A stretch of 62,676 nt of DNA, taken from Gekko japonicus. Taxonomy: Eukaryota. This document shows positions 13,170-25,281 of the stretch, one piece after another. The position numbers and the translations under genes were made by a program. The notes beneath the pieces are model-generated. The model made no database searches. It was not told the DNA's origin and saw only the letters and a program-made list of their open reading frames with translations. The first letter of the stretch is position 1. The number at the start of each line of letters is the position of its first letter. The DNA is taken from the NCBI RefSeq assembly GCF_001447785.1, contig NW_015168051.1, forward strand, positions 1,017,114 through 1,079,789. The letters are read 5' to 3'.

Positions 13170-14400
13170 TTTCATGATACAGAAGAGCGAAACCAGAGAC
13201 TATGGTATAACATGAAGTTGAATGCTGCGTTCCTTAGAGACAACCTTAGAGCATCCAAAGATGCAGCTCTGACGAACACCACAGGGGAAGAGAACTTTTT
13301 GAGGCCATCCAGAATGGATTCATCAGAAATGAGGATACCTAATTGGTTGGCACAGTGCTTTAGCAAAAATGGGAGTCACTGATTAGATGCGGTTTTAATG
13401 ATACTTCCTGGGTTTTTCTTCAGAAGAAACATCCCCCTCCCCCCGTCTATGTTTGGGTTTGCTAGGAAAGCCCATTGGAGTGCATCTGCATTTTGGAACA
13501 AGAAGCAGCGTGTTCACTTCAGTCATTACAATGATATGAGCAATATTGTTGAGCAAGGCATGTAGCCTGCTGATCAGCTTTTCTACAGATTTGCCTGAGG
13601 CAGGCTGCCATTCAGAGTTGAGGACCCTTTCAAGGATGCTGGAAAGGAATCTAATGAAGAGGAAGCAGAAAGGAAAGCTTATGCTGCCTCTGAAGCTCTG
13701 CAAGTTGATGGGAGTCTGTGGCTCCTCAGCCTGAGGTAGCAGTCACTTTACCAAAGAGACTTCCAAAATATTCAGGAGGGAAACGGATTTCCTGTATAAG
13801 TCTGTAGGTACCTCAGAGCCTTAGATCATTTTGCCTTCCCAGTCCTCTTTGAGTAACTTGGACTCTGGATCAGATGCCTCCGAACAGGGAACTGAAGTGC
13901 ACTTATTTGGAAGGAAAACCTCTTGAGACTCCTTCAGAGAGTGATAGTAAGGACCTATAGATGCTTATCTGTGTGACTGACTGCTCACCTGTATGGTCTT
14001 CTATGGCCTCCCTGGAGCATGTGCAGTCACTGGAGAATGAGAACATGGAGGACATGCAGAGTCTACTCTAATTATTTTTGTGTTGGGACCTTGACGTGTG
14101 AAGTGAGTGACACTTCTTAGGTAATGCTCTTTTACTTTGTGTCTTAGGGTAAGTAGATACTCTTTCTCTGTCAGAAATCTGGATTTGCCCAAATGAAGGA
14201 GGACTTTGATCATGCAGTTTCTGAGTCTACTTGCCTCAAGGCACTGAAATATAGAAGACTGCAGATGCCTAGTCAGGCTCAAATGAGAGTCCATAGGTTA
14301 ACACCCCCCCTTGGGATCTTTCCCTTATGAGTCATACCACTGAGACCCCCAAAACATCCAGATTTCTTGAAGCTGCTGGGACAGATGTACGGATTATGCA
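13170..14400 (-). mobile_element. probable degenerate DIRS-type retrotransposon ORF1 (LAP2alpha-like domain)
   Basis: Collinear fragments ..VLNSEWQPA..LHALL..LLLVPK.. and ..AASLDALRLSLRNAAF..HSLWFRS resemble vertebrate DIRS gag. A Cys/His-containing fragment lies upstream (ORF 14001-14294). Confidence 0.5.
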
Positions 14401-14659
14401 GAGAGGTGCAAAGTTGCAAGTGCATTGGGGAGAGAAAAGATGGGGAAATTGCCCTGCTTTAATCCTCATCCATCTTCTGCCTTCCTAATACGTAAGAGAA
14501 GAAGAATCTAAGTGCAAAGCTGGCATGGAACTAACTGTAGTAATGTTCCTTAATATCATATGGCAGTTGCTGCTGCAAACTCCAGCCCATTCATTAACTA
14601 GGTTTATGAGAAAGGATGGAGGCACATAAAAACAGGGAAGAAATCAAGAAGCTCAGTAA

Positions 14660-15335
14660 ATTGTATGAGTATCTGCCAACTGGACAGAAGTCATGGGTGT
14701 GTGCTTGGTGCAAGGAGCTCCTGGTTCTCAGGGAACAAGTTCACACCCTTTTGAGGCCAAGGTGGCTGACCTGGAGAAGCAGAGGCAGTCAGGCACACGG
14801 ATAAAACTTTTGGGGACTTGTTAGATGTGTCCCACTCCGAGAATGGCAGTTCACCACTGTCAGGGAGCATGAGGGTCAAGGGGAAACAGGGCACCTTGCT
14901 GTTCAAAAGGGGTATGTTCCCTCAGAAGGAACCCCTTCTTCGGTTGGTGAACAGGCATCCTTTCACATCAAGGAGCCATCCCTGGGTAGGAAGGGAGGGA
15001 GTGTGTTGCTAGTTGGTGATTCGATCCTTAGGCGTGTAGATGGATGGGTTACAAACCTGCATACTGATTGCATAGTGACTTGCCTGCCTGGAGCAAAGGT
15101 AGCAGATATTATACATAGTCTAAATAGGCTGGTAGAAAGTTCTGGGAAGGAGTCAGTGGTCATGGTGGTACATGTTGGCACGAGTAATGTGGGAAAATGT
15201 AGTCATGTGGTCCTGGAGGAAAAATTTAGGCTGGTAGGAAGGAGACTCAAGGCCAGGAGCGCCAAGGTAGCCTTCTCAGAAGTGCTGTCTGTTTCAAATG
15301 CAGGGCCAGCTAGGCATGCACAAATTAGGAGTACA
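14660..15335 (+). mobile_element. CR1 LINE ORF1 fragment (zinc finger/leucine zipper plus SGNH esterase)
   Basis: WVCAWCKELLVLREQVHTL, then LLVGDSILR...CLPGAKVAD...VHVGTSN (GDS and GTN esterase blocks). Frameshifted. Confidence 0.85.
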
Positions 15336-15554
15336 CATATTTAAGGTAAATAGTTACATAATCAAGGGAGAAATCCTTGTGCTTGGAAGTGAATTCCATT
15401 TTATTAAGTGGGGCTGGAGCTTAATATCGGGCAAGGATGGCATTGTGAGATACAGAACCAAGGTACAGGTTTTATATCTGAAGTGGAAAGAGGTGGTCTT
15501 TTTTCTGGATATAAATGGCTTGCTAGCCTGTGCAAGTCCTTTTTGTCCCAGGTA

Positions 15555-15719
15555 GAGGCTGTGGCTCAGTGGCAGAGCATTTGATTTGCATACAGAAAGG
15601 CCCAGGTTTAATCCCTGGCAGCTCCAGTTAAAAGGATCAAGTAGTAGGTGATCTGACCTCTGCCTAGAGATCTGGACAAAGCAAAAGTCTGGTTCAGTAT
15701 AAGGCAGCTTCATGTGTTC
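15555..15719 (+). mobile_element. tRNA-derived SINE (Squam2-like)
   Basis: GGCTGTGGCTCAGTGGCAGAGCA...AGGTTTAATCCCTGG (A and B boxes). The head is duplicated at about 17232-17328. Confidence 0.7.
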
Positions 15720-15864
15720 CCAGATGTGACGAAATCTTATAGAAGTAGAATCCAGTTTCCAGCATTTAATTACGGTCAGTATAGGTGGTACTATTCATGG
15801 CTGATGGATACCTTGGATGCATAACTTCTGTGTTATGTGACACTGCAGCCTAAAGCAGCAGTAT

Positions 15865-16371
15865 GGTTGCAAAGCTCCAGGTGGGGCCTGGAGTTTTCCC
15901 AGGAGATTCCCAGCAGAGATCAGTTTTCCTGGGAAAAATGGCATTTCAGATGGGGGGAGCTCTATTCAGTTCAGTTCAGTTAACCTTTATTGGCATAAAA
16001 ATACCTTAAAAGAGGATTACTATAAAGAAGGAAATATACATTTAAAACCATATAGAGCCATACATATAGAGCTGAGCATTTTACCCACTACATAATATTG
16101 CATAAAACAATTAGTCATTGGTAGTTTTCCTGGCGTAGCTTTATCGCTGATTGTAAAAACATGGCTACGTTCATTGATATTTCCGGAACAGAGTCATTTA
16201 GAAGACGATGCACTTTTAAAGCATCAGGAAGGTTCATCATGTTGGCTAAGATAGGATTTAAATATCTAAAACGTTAAAGCCACATAAAATCTATGACATC
16301 ACATCACCATTGAGCTCCCTCCTCAAACTCCGCCCTTCCCAGGCACCAGCCCCAAACCAAAACTGGCAACC
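15865..16371 (+). mobile_element. GGTTGCCA-type hAT MITE split by a minus-strand LINE 3' end (about 15966-16280)
   Basis: Left part at 15865-15965 and right part at about 16290-16371 ending CTGGCAACC. The insert starts with a (TTCAG)3 tail and TTTATT on the + strand. Confidence 0.65.
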
Positions 16372-16460
16372 ACAAGCAGCAAAGCTCTTTGTTACTGTGG
16401 ATCCCGTGCTTTGTTTGATGTATCCATGTCAATTGTACCTTGAAAGTGTTCTTTATGTTT

Positions 16461-17166
16461 TGTTCAACTGGGTATACGGCTGCCACCAGGAAATTTAAGG
16501 CTTTCCAAACCTTTTACTATAATATTTCTATCACTGGGTAGGTAGGTCGAGGGTTTAGGCTTTCATGAGGGTCTATGTGTTTTTTGAGAAATTATTTCTT
16601 TCAGAGCTGACAGACTTAAATAAAAGAAGATTTATTGAAATAATTCGTAAATAACAGGATAGGACTCTATCTAGGAATGGGTAAATACTGAACAATTGCT
16701 TTGGGTATTTCACACACTTTTCTCTCTACTGTCAGGGATCTTGGCATGTAACTTTGTAACACTAACTCAAGGTCATGTAAGTTCACTGTTTCTCCAGTCT
16801 GTCACTCAGACATTCATATAACTTTTCTTCTTCTCTGAACAACATCAACAGACAGCTTAACTGTTTTCACACAGAACTGCTTCTCACTTCTTTCATACAC
16901 AGCGCTTAACTGCCCTCCTGCTTCTCTCACAGAACTCCGAACTTAACTACTGTCTTTTTTCAACTGTCTTATTCAACTGTCCAAACCTCCAACTGTCACT
17001 CCTGATAGACATACATATCATTCACACAGCATCAATTCCAAAACCCCTCCCCCTCTCTGTCACTCACCAATCACACCACTTACCTGTTTCAACCACTCTA
17101 TCACACAGCCATGCAACCCAACTCTTAAAGACACACACACACACAAATAAACATGAAATCATTACA
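16461..17166 (-). mobile_element. probable solo LTR
   Basis: TG...CA termini (TGTTCA / ATTACA), AATAAA on the - strand near 16631, and short internal AACTGTC repeats. No matching TSD. Confidence 0.55.
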
Positions 17167-17329
17167 GAGGTAGTCTTTTTTCTGGATATAAATGGCTTGC
17201 TAGCCTATGCAAGTCCTTTTTGCCCCAGGTAGAGGCTGTGGCACAGTGGCAGAGCATTTGATTTGCATACAGAAAGGCCCAGGTTTAATCCCTGGCAGCG
17301 CCAGTTAAAAGGTTCAAGTAGCAGATGAT

Positions 17330-18060
17330 TTTTTTGTAATTCGTCTGCTATGCCCACTGTGACCCTACGATGAAAAGCATGATTTGGCTACTGTGGTCTG
17401 TGAAGTTAGCTTATAGTAATGTGTTTTATATGGGGCTACCTTTGAAAAGTGACCAGAACTTCAGTTGATCCAAAATGCAGTGAGCAGGTTATTGCTGAGT
17501 GCTGTCTGCAAAGATCATGTCACCTCTGTGCTGAAAGATGTGCTTTGGCTGCCTGTCTGTTTCTTGGCACAGTTCAAGCTTCTACTTTGGGGCCAGGACA
17601 ACTGCAGAACTACCACATCCCATACTGTCCAGTACTGAGTCCTGCTGCCCCTGACATTGTCTCCAAAGGTGAGGTGGGTGGTGACCAGAAACAAGGCATT
17701 TTCACTTGTGGTACCCACCTTTAAAATGCCCTCCCCCATGATACTTGCCTGGTGCCCACTTTTTGGTCTGAGGGCAAAGCACTTCTTTTTACCCAGTCTG
17801 AAATTCTCTTGAGGAATTCTATTGTTGTTAATTGTTTTCCTTGTATGCTTCTGCTTTGAAAACTGGTTTAGAATATTAGTTTAGGCTTATGCTGAAGTGT
17901 CTGTCCGTCCCCTTTTATGCTCTTGGTATGTTTGTGTGACTTGTGCTATTATTGATAATTCTTATGAGGTTCAGTTTTTATGATTTTAGTATTTTTTACC
18001 TTGTGAGCTATCTTGAACAGGTCACTGGAGGCATGGTATATATGTTTTCTAAATAAATGA
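17330..18060 (+). mobile_element. degenerate L2 3' region
   Basis: ..LAYSNVFYMGLPL..QLIQNA-like translation at about 17405-17480 and an L2-type tail ending TTCTAAATAAAT. Confidence 0.6.
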
Positions 18061-19190
18061 TAAACAATAGCACAAACTATTTTTAAAAGCCAAAGGGTTG
18101 GCAAAGCAATATCAGTTGGTCTCGTTCTCAAAATTCTGGAGCTCAGTTGGTTGCATAGCTTTTGAAGTGTCACTGGAGTCAGCCTACACTGATCTCCTTC
18201 CAGTAAAGAGAAGAATACAGTGCTTTCAAGATATAGGAGTGTATATACAACATCCGGAGTTTGCTCAATTTCAAATAAAATTTGACACCCAAATATTTAT
18301 CTCCAAAACTATCTGTTTATTGGTGTAAAATATTTCTCTGCTATTTTCCCAGGCTCAAGGCAGCCTACAAAAATCCAATAATACAATGCCTAAAAATAAA
18401 ATCAACAATAAAAACAGTGTTAACGGCAATAAATTACAGAATCCCACAGTATTTGCAACTCAGCTCCTCTTCACAACAGCAGAGGGCGATCTTCCTCTTC
18501 TGTAGTTAATGCTGTGTTTCTTAAAGGCAAAAAGTAGACTATGGAATTTAATTTCAAATTGAGTTCTGTATTTCTATTACCCTCCTGGTTACAACACAGC
18601 ATCACAAGGGACACAATATCTTCATCAGCTATGCAGTTGGCGTACTGCATCCTAAGAGAAAGTCAGAGCATTCATGCAGTGTGAATGTGGTTGTTCTCTC
18701 CTTCAAGTATTTTGTTGTCCTTTTGCTTTTCACATCATCCTGCTCTTTACTTCTGACTCTGTGAGGATTGTGACATCCCATTAATATCTTTACTTTCCCT
18801 CCCCTGTCACTGGAATCTCAGTTCCCTAATTATTTAGGCACCCACTTCAAGAAACCTTTATTATGCATAGCAATTGAGTTTCAGTGTGCCGTGTTCGATG
18901 TTTCTGGCACACAAATAAAATGAGGCGGTAATGAATTTGCATCTGAGAGCAACTGTTTTTAGACCAAGAGCTATTCATTGCTTGATTGCCACTGGAAAAT
19001 GCCCTATATAGGGACCATAATCAGGAGGCCAGCCATCTGTATGACCAGGTTGTGTGGTGAGCTGAGTGGTGACATGCGGTCCACTTTTCCACAGTTTCAG
19101 CTTGTCACATGGTGGGAGCTGACAGCTGTTAGTCTGTCTTTTTAAAAGTTGTCCTATGAGACTTCCTTTAAAAGCGGTAATTTTTGAAAG

Positions 19191-19522
19191 AGGCCGGTGT
19201 GATGTGGTGTAGAGTGTCGGGAGAGGATCTCTGAGACGCAGGCTCCAATCCCAACTCAGCCATAATTCGAGTCCAGTAGTATCTTAGAGACCAACAAGCT
19301 TCTTGGAGTATGAGCCTTCGCGAGTCAAAGCTGCCTTCAACAGTTATCTGCTACTCTTATGGCTACTGTCTGAAATGATGGAAGCTTGTTGGTGACCTTC
19401 GGCCAATCTCTCAGCCTAGCCGACCTTCCTAGGGTTGTTCTGAAGATAAAATGGGGGAGAATGATGTAGACTGGTATGGGTCCCCATTGGGAAGAAAGGC
19501 AGGATATAAACAAAGTAAAATA
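19191..19522 (+). mobile_element. tRNA-derived SINE containing a nested Penelope-like fragment (19265-19350)
   Basis: SINE head at 19191-19263. The body resumes near 19378 (ATGGAAGCTTGTTGGTGACCTT), with tail GGATATAAACAAAGTAAAATAAA. Confidence 0.7.
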
Positions 19523-19689
19523 AACAACGAGCAATAACTATGTTGTATGTTCTCCGTTTCTTTCCAAAGACCTGGTGTGAATTGAAGGGACTGAGTTTCT
19601 CACCTTAAGGGCATATTTGGAATTTACACAATTTAAGTGCTGTTGTGGTGGATCAGAGTTGAGAATCAGGAACATGGCAATGCTGGCAG

Positions 19690-19832
19690 CCCTGACCTGA
19701 ATTGCCCAGGCTAGCCTGATCTTGTCAGATCTCAGAAGCTAAGCAAAGTCACCCCTGGTCAGTATTTGGATGGGAGACCACCAGGGAATACCAGGGTTGT
19801 GACATGGAGGCAGGCAATGGCAAACCACCTCC
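19690..19832 (+). mobile_element. 5S rRNA-derived SINE
   Basis: GATCTTGTCAGATCTCAGAAGCTAAGCA...GTATTTGGATGGGAGACCACCAGGGAATACC matches the 5S internal control region. It is followed by GGCAATGGCAAACCACCTC. Confidence 0.85.
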
Positions 19833-20679
19833 CATCAGACTGAGAGTCTGGTATCATTAATGGGTACAATGTTCATCTGGTGATTGCAATGGTACACATG
19901 GCTACACAGTCTGTATACCTTTAAGTTAGTTTTCTGACACCCTAGCTAATCTGTTTGCTATGATGGAATGCTCTGTAGAAGTTGTCTATGAAAAATTCAT
20001 ATACCCTAAATTTGTAACCACTATATTGATTCTGGATTTTTTTTCTTGCATAGATGGTCATGTACGATGGTCTTCCAGGATAGCTATTGGTAAACATTTT
20101 ATTCTTTTCTTTTGGTCTGGCTTTGTTTACGCCAAGCATTTTTAAAATTTCCACAGTGCTTGTAAGTCAGTGCGAAATAGATAAAATACTCCCTCCTCAC
20201 TTTACAGGATTTTTTTTGTTCCAAATTAAGCAGTTTTTCATTGCGTAGGTTTTTATGCTTATACCTCTAGTACTTCTAAAGGTGGGAGAACATGACTGTG
20301 TGAAGCAGATGCCACTGCTGTTCAGTTGCCTGGTAACAGGTGCTTGGTTACACAATGGCTGTCACAGATTCTCTTTTTCATATTTAAAGCATGTCACCTC
20401 TGGTATGTAAAATTTGCAGATATAGTTAATATTGTCCCAGTGCTGAATGCAGATCTATAATTGTTTTCATGCAAGGGCTTTGCTCTTTGGCTGCTTAGGT
20501 TGAATGGAGCTGTGAGTGGAAGTGGTCTAGGAATAGCTGATCTTGTGGCAGTGTTGAAATTAGGTGAGTGTCGACCTGATTAGTGGATAGATAGTATAGC
20601 ACTGTGAATCCATGTAAGCCACTCTAAGCTTTCCAGGGAAAAGTGGAATGTGAGCATACTTTAATAAAGTGAGCATGTC

Positions 20680-20862
20680 AAGTGCTGTCAAGTTGCAGAC
20701 GACTTCTGGTGACCCCAGCAATGCGTTTTCAAGGCAAGTGAGAAGCAGAGAAAGTTTGCCTTCCTCTGCAGAGTCTTCCTTGGTGGTCTCCCTTCCAAAT
20801 ACCGACCCTGCTTAGCTTCTGAGATCTGACAAGACTAGGCTATACCATGCTGCCTTCCTTCC
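20680..20862 (-). mobile_element. 5S rRNA-derived SINE (variant head)
   Basis: The reverse complement contains CAGATCTCAGAAGCTAAGCAGGGTCGGTATTTGGAAGGGAGACC plus a BovB-like body. Confidence 0.8.
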
Positions 20863-20917
20863 TAATAAAATAAAATACAGGCAACCAACAATATGTATTG
20901 TTTCATATAGATAGTTT

Positions 20918-21100
20918 GAGGAGAGTAGCTGTGTCGTTCTGCAGTTGACGAGCTAGATTCAAGTCCCATAGCACCTTAGAGACCAACAACATTTTTGAGG
21001 TATAAGGTTTGAATATTCAAAGCTCCCTTCATCAGTTATCTGACAAAGGGAACTTCTACTCTCGAAAGCTTATGCCCTGAAAATCTTGTGGGTCTCTAAG
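20918..21100. mobile_element. palindromic Penelope-derived element with two head-to-head hammerhead-like cores
   Basis: Inverted arms centred on CAG-TTAT-CTG (21033-21042). CTTAGAGACC (20975-20984) pairs with GGTCTCTAAG (21091-21100). CTGATGA lies on the - strand and CTGACAA...GAAAGCTTA on the + strand. Confidence 0.75.
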
Positions 21101-21614
21101 CAACATCATTCCATAGGGTTTTTTATTTATATGAACCTATGGCTCTTTATTACAGGGTAATACATCCTATCAGTCAATTTATTTAGCTCACATGACCAGT
21201 GGTCTCAAGCACATCCACAGAATACAACAAACATGTAAAATACCAATGTAAGAGTTTAAAACTGTATAAAGGATTTATATGAACCTATAAAATCCACTTT
21301 TGAAGTTGTCCTAAATAAATTTTTGACTGAGCCATTATATTTATTGATGTCTATAAAGGTCATGTCCCTTCAGTTAGGGTTATAAAACATTTAACACTTC
21401 CACAATTGAAAGATAAGGATTTATTTATTATTTTTATATTGCTGTAAACATTTAAGGCTTTGAAAACTGGTAAAGAGTTTCCCATGCAATTCAGGCTCAT
21501 CTGTGTCTGGAATGTGTGTTTTGTGTTCTGCCCTGACTGTAAATCGTCTCTGCACGATACTGACATGGAGGATACTAACATGTTCGTTTTTACACAGATC
21601 AGTATCAGAGCTGA

Positions 21615-22645
21615 TAACCTCTAATATAAAAGGACATGTGTGCCTGTTTGTGGCAGATATAACTCATCAGAACGTAAAGCTGGGTGTTTCAAAATTGGCC
21701 ATCAGCTTCAGGATGTTCATGGGAGTAGCAGGGACAAAACGAAGTGACTCCTAAAATCCAACTGGATTTTTTTACTCTCTGGAAGTATGAGAATTATCAC
21801 AACATGTATTGAAGTGCAAAATATGTAAACCCATTGTATGTTTGCAAAACCTGAATGCACCAACACTATGGTGTGGAACTGGATAGTTGGAATGGTTATC
21901 AAAGCTACAATAATAATAGCCCATGTAGCCCACCAGGATCTACTTATATCAAGAATTCCTACAAAATTTCAATTTCAATTTAAGAGGCTTCAGTTTCCTA
22001 TTCAATTGTATTTTGTATTGAGCATCAATAAAGCTGAAGGACGATCATTAAAAATAGTTGGCCTCAATTTGCAAAACCCTTTGCTTTGAACATGAGCGGC
22101 TTCAGGTAGGATGCTCAAGAGTAGGATACAAAAGAAAACCATTTAGTTTGGCTCCTAATGATAGGGCATTGTAGTACATGAGGAAGACATTTCTGTAAAT
22201 AATTATTTTGTGCTTTCATTTCAATACCTAATTTATGTTAATTTATATTTGTAATCCAATTAGTTATTTGTTATTAGTTCATATAATTATTTGCCATATA
22301 TGCACAGATGTAAACCTGTTTAATATAATATATTGTTAGATAAACCAAAGTGATAAATTATATACCAAGCTATGTAACATTTGTTTAAATTTCTTAATAA
22401 ATCTAGTTAAAATCCAAATGCTGTATGTTTTTAAATTCTGGTGTTCTAGTGGATTTCTTTTACAGAATATTTTTTGACAAACGAAATGTATTGAAAATAC
22501 TTATCTTAAAAGGAGAAAAATATGACCAAATACTGCTTTTGGAGTTAGCCCGTGGAGTGCACGGGTCAGAGACCTTATGAAATAACATTGCAAGTGCAGC
22601 AAGCTATGAGGTTAGTGAGCGAAGTGAGCAGGGGCTAGCCTCTAG
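21615..22645 (+). mobile_element. fossil Helitron with RepHel (PIF1-family) helicase C-terminal remnant
   Basis: RIP..FQFKRLQFPIQLYFVLSINKAEGRSLKIVGLNLQNP, then frameshifted HERLQVGCSRVG (22091-22126). Hairpin CCCGTG/CACGGG at 22549-22565 and CTAG|T at 22642-22646. The 5' end is approximate. Confidence 0.8.
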
Positions 22646-22999
22646 TATGTAAGAATATGTATCTGGGCTAGATTGTGAGCTTGTTAATGTTTAAACTGTC
22701 AAAAGTTTTGATAGTTTAAATAGTGGCTCTATTAAATGAAATTTATGTTTCTGCTTTCAGATGAAAAATGCCCTAAGTTAGTCTTTAGTCTTTCTTTTAA
22801 GACAAATATTTGATTATTAATATTTTAATATGCATACAACTTTTCAGATAATTATATTTAAGTGAAAATGCATATTCTCTTGATAACATTCCAGAAATTT
22901 TTTTTATTAAGGAGATACCACACAGTGTACATATATTTAAGTTAATGATATTAGAATAATATGACAGTTTGTCTACACTGATCTCATGGGTATAATTAT

Positions 23000-23500
23000 C
23001 TTATTTACTTTATTTACCACTTGCCTTTCTTGCTGAGACTTAAGGCGAGTTACACAATATAGAAAACAATTTGATCATACAATGTAAGACATCCAATAAA
23101 TAACGTGACAGAATTAGGATTTCAGAATTAGGAAACAGTGCAAATGAAAAATGGTCTAAGGCCTGACATATACCATAATGCAGAAGGTGTGTAACAAAGG
23201 TAGAAGACAATGCAGTACAAGCAAGGTGATAAATACAATAAATATTGCAATGGCCTACAATCCTGTTCTTATCAAAGCAGTCTTCTGAGCTATTCCATTA
23301 TAGTACAGTTCTAACTCCTAAAAATGCCCTTCTGAACATTTCACATGTTCTGCAAAATGACAAGCACGGGGCCCTTCCTGACCTCCTCAGGCAGGCTGTT
23401 CCACAAGGCGGGGGAAGCCACCACTGATAATGTGCATGAACAGGCAGTTGCCTATCTTTCCCATTTGCAGGGTGGCACCTTCAGAGATGGTCTCACAGGT
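23000..23500 (-). mobile_element. L2 3' end, degenerate
   Basis: L2-type tail (TTTATTTAC...CTTTCT...TAAGGCGAGTTACA) and CAGGCAGGCTGTTCCACAAG motif. Confidence 0.55.
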
Positions 23501-25084
23501 TTGTGGCTCCAAAGCCATTAAGGAAGCCCAATGCAAAGGACATGGCAAAGCTTTCGGCATGCACATCAAGGGCTACTAATTTTGAAAATGAAATGTGTTC
23601 AACTTTTTAGGAATCAGTTTTGCTAAGTAGTGGACATATTGGAATCTACAAGCACGTTATTAATATATCACATTACTTTACATCCTTAATTTGCATCCTT
23701 AATTGTTATTTCAGCTACTTCAGGCTTTCAGTTTGGTGCCAGTTTTATGGTATCTTTCTGCTACCTGGACATGGAATGTTGTTTTTCCAGCTCTATGTTT
23801 GTCTGTTAATCATAGACTCAGGAGTATAAAGGATCAGGTCAAGTGACTGACCTGTTATTAACATAGAGAATTCAGGCCACAGTATATTATAAACAAAATA
23901 ATAGAGATGAACGCATGAAATCATTTATTCTGTCTCTTGCAACAAAAACATTTCTGTTTAAGAGACTATGGCAATTGATACATTTTACCTTTTCACTTTC
24001 TGTGTGTCTAGGATTTTACTCTAGCTCAGATCCTAGTATAAGACTTTGTAACAACATATCTGCAAGTTCATTGTTACGGGGGAAAAGAGGGGTGCAACTT
24101 TTCTAGGAGAGGGAAAGCCTTGACAGACCAAATAGAAGCATTGGTTTTATACCCCACTTTTCTCTACCCTAAGGTTGGCCCTTCCTCTCTCCACAACAGC
24201 CACCTTGTGAGGTTGGTAGGGCTGAGAAAGTTCTGAGAGAACTGTGATTGGCCCAAGGTCACCCAGCAGGCTTCATGAGCCACCGCTCTTAACCACTGTA
24301 CCATGCTAGCTGGATTAAGAAGCACAACCAATTAAGCAGAGATCTGTTGGCATCAGACATGAACACATAATGTTTGCTGTTCTATTGCATTCCCATCCCT
24401 CCTCTCCTTCCTGCATAGATCTCGACTGAATACTTCACAGCTTGATCAAGTTCTGATTTGTTGTGATGACTGAATACAGATACTTCAACAAATTAGAGCT
24501 TGCTTTCTGTGCAAGTTGTGCTACCGACTGTGTGTGGTCAGGAAGACAAGGTGTCTTAGACCCATGTGTAAATGAATGAGGCCAAAATGGCCTATATTGA
24601 CTATGGGAAAGCATAAGGACCTTTTTACTGCCTTTTCTGACACCTATGCTAAAGGAGCTGCTGACTTAGGTATTATACCCAACTTGAGTAGATTTCACAT
24701 ACATACACCAGTAACCAAGGAAATGTTTGACAAAAAAATGAGGCTGTAAAGCAAGTTCAGAACAAGCACTGAGACCTGTGATTTAGTGAAGTTTGGGGAA
24801 GCTTTATTGAGTGGAAGTCATAAAAACATTAGTCACACAGAAATTAGCACTAAATATTCCAAATGGCTACACATCCTGTACCATGTGTATCGTTGGCAAA
24901 GGAGATGCAAGAGGCCAAAGGAGTAAAGGAGAAAAGAGACATTCACAGATTCCTATCCACACATTCTGAACAAAAATTCTTGGGCAGAGATCACAAACAT
25001 CTGGAAAGCCAATAATCCAAAGGGAAAGATTGGAGGGGAAGGCAAAAGTCACATGAAATTGTGGCAGGTGGGGGACTTAAGTAA

Positions 25085-25281
25085 GTTTGGCCAACCTCCA
25101 GGTGGGGCCTGGAGATTGCCCAGAATTACAGCTGATCTGCAGACTACAAGGATCAGCTCTCCTGGAGAAAATGGCGGCTTGGAGTGTGGACTCTGACAGT
25201 ATATCCCTCCACAAACCCTGCCCTTTCTAGGCTCCACTCCCAAATTTCCAGGTATTTCCCAACGTGTAGCTGGCAACTCTA
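25085..25281 (+). mobile_element. GGTTGCCA-type hAT MITE
   Basis: Collinear with 51476-51671 and ends CTGGCAACTCTA. Confidence 0.75.

Noticed and set aside
15555-15625. tRNA gene
   Set aside because: No complete cloverleaf or acceptor stem; it continues into a SINE body.
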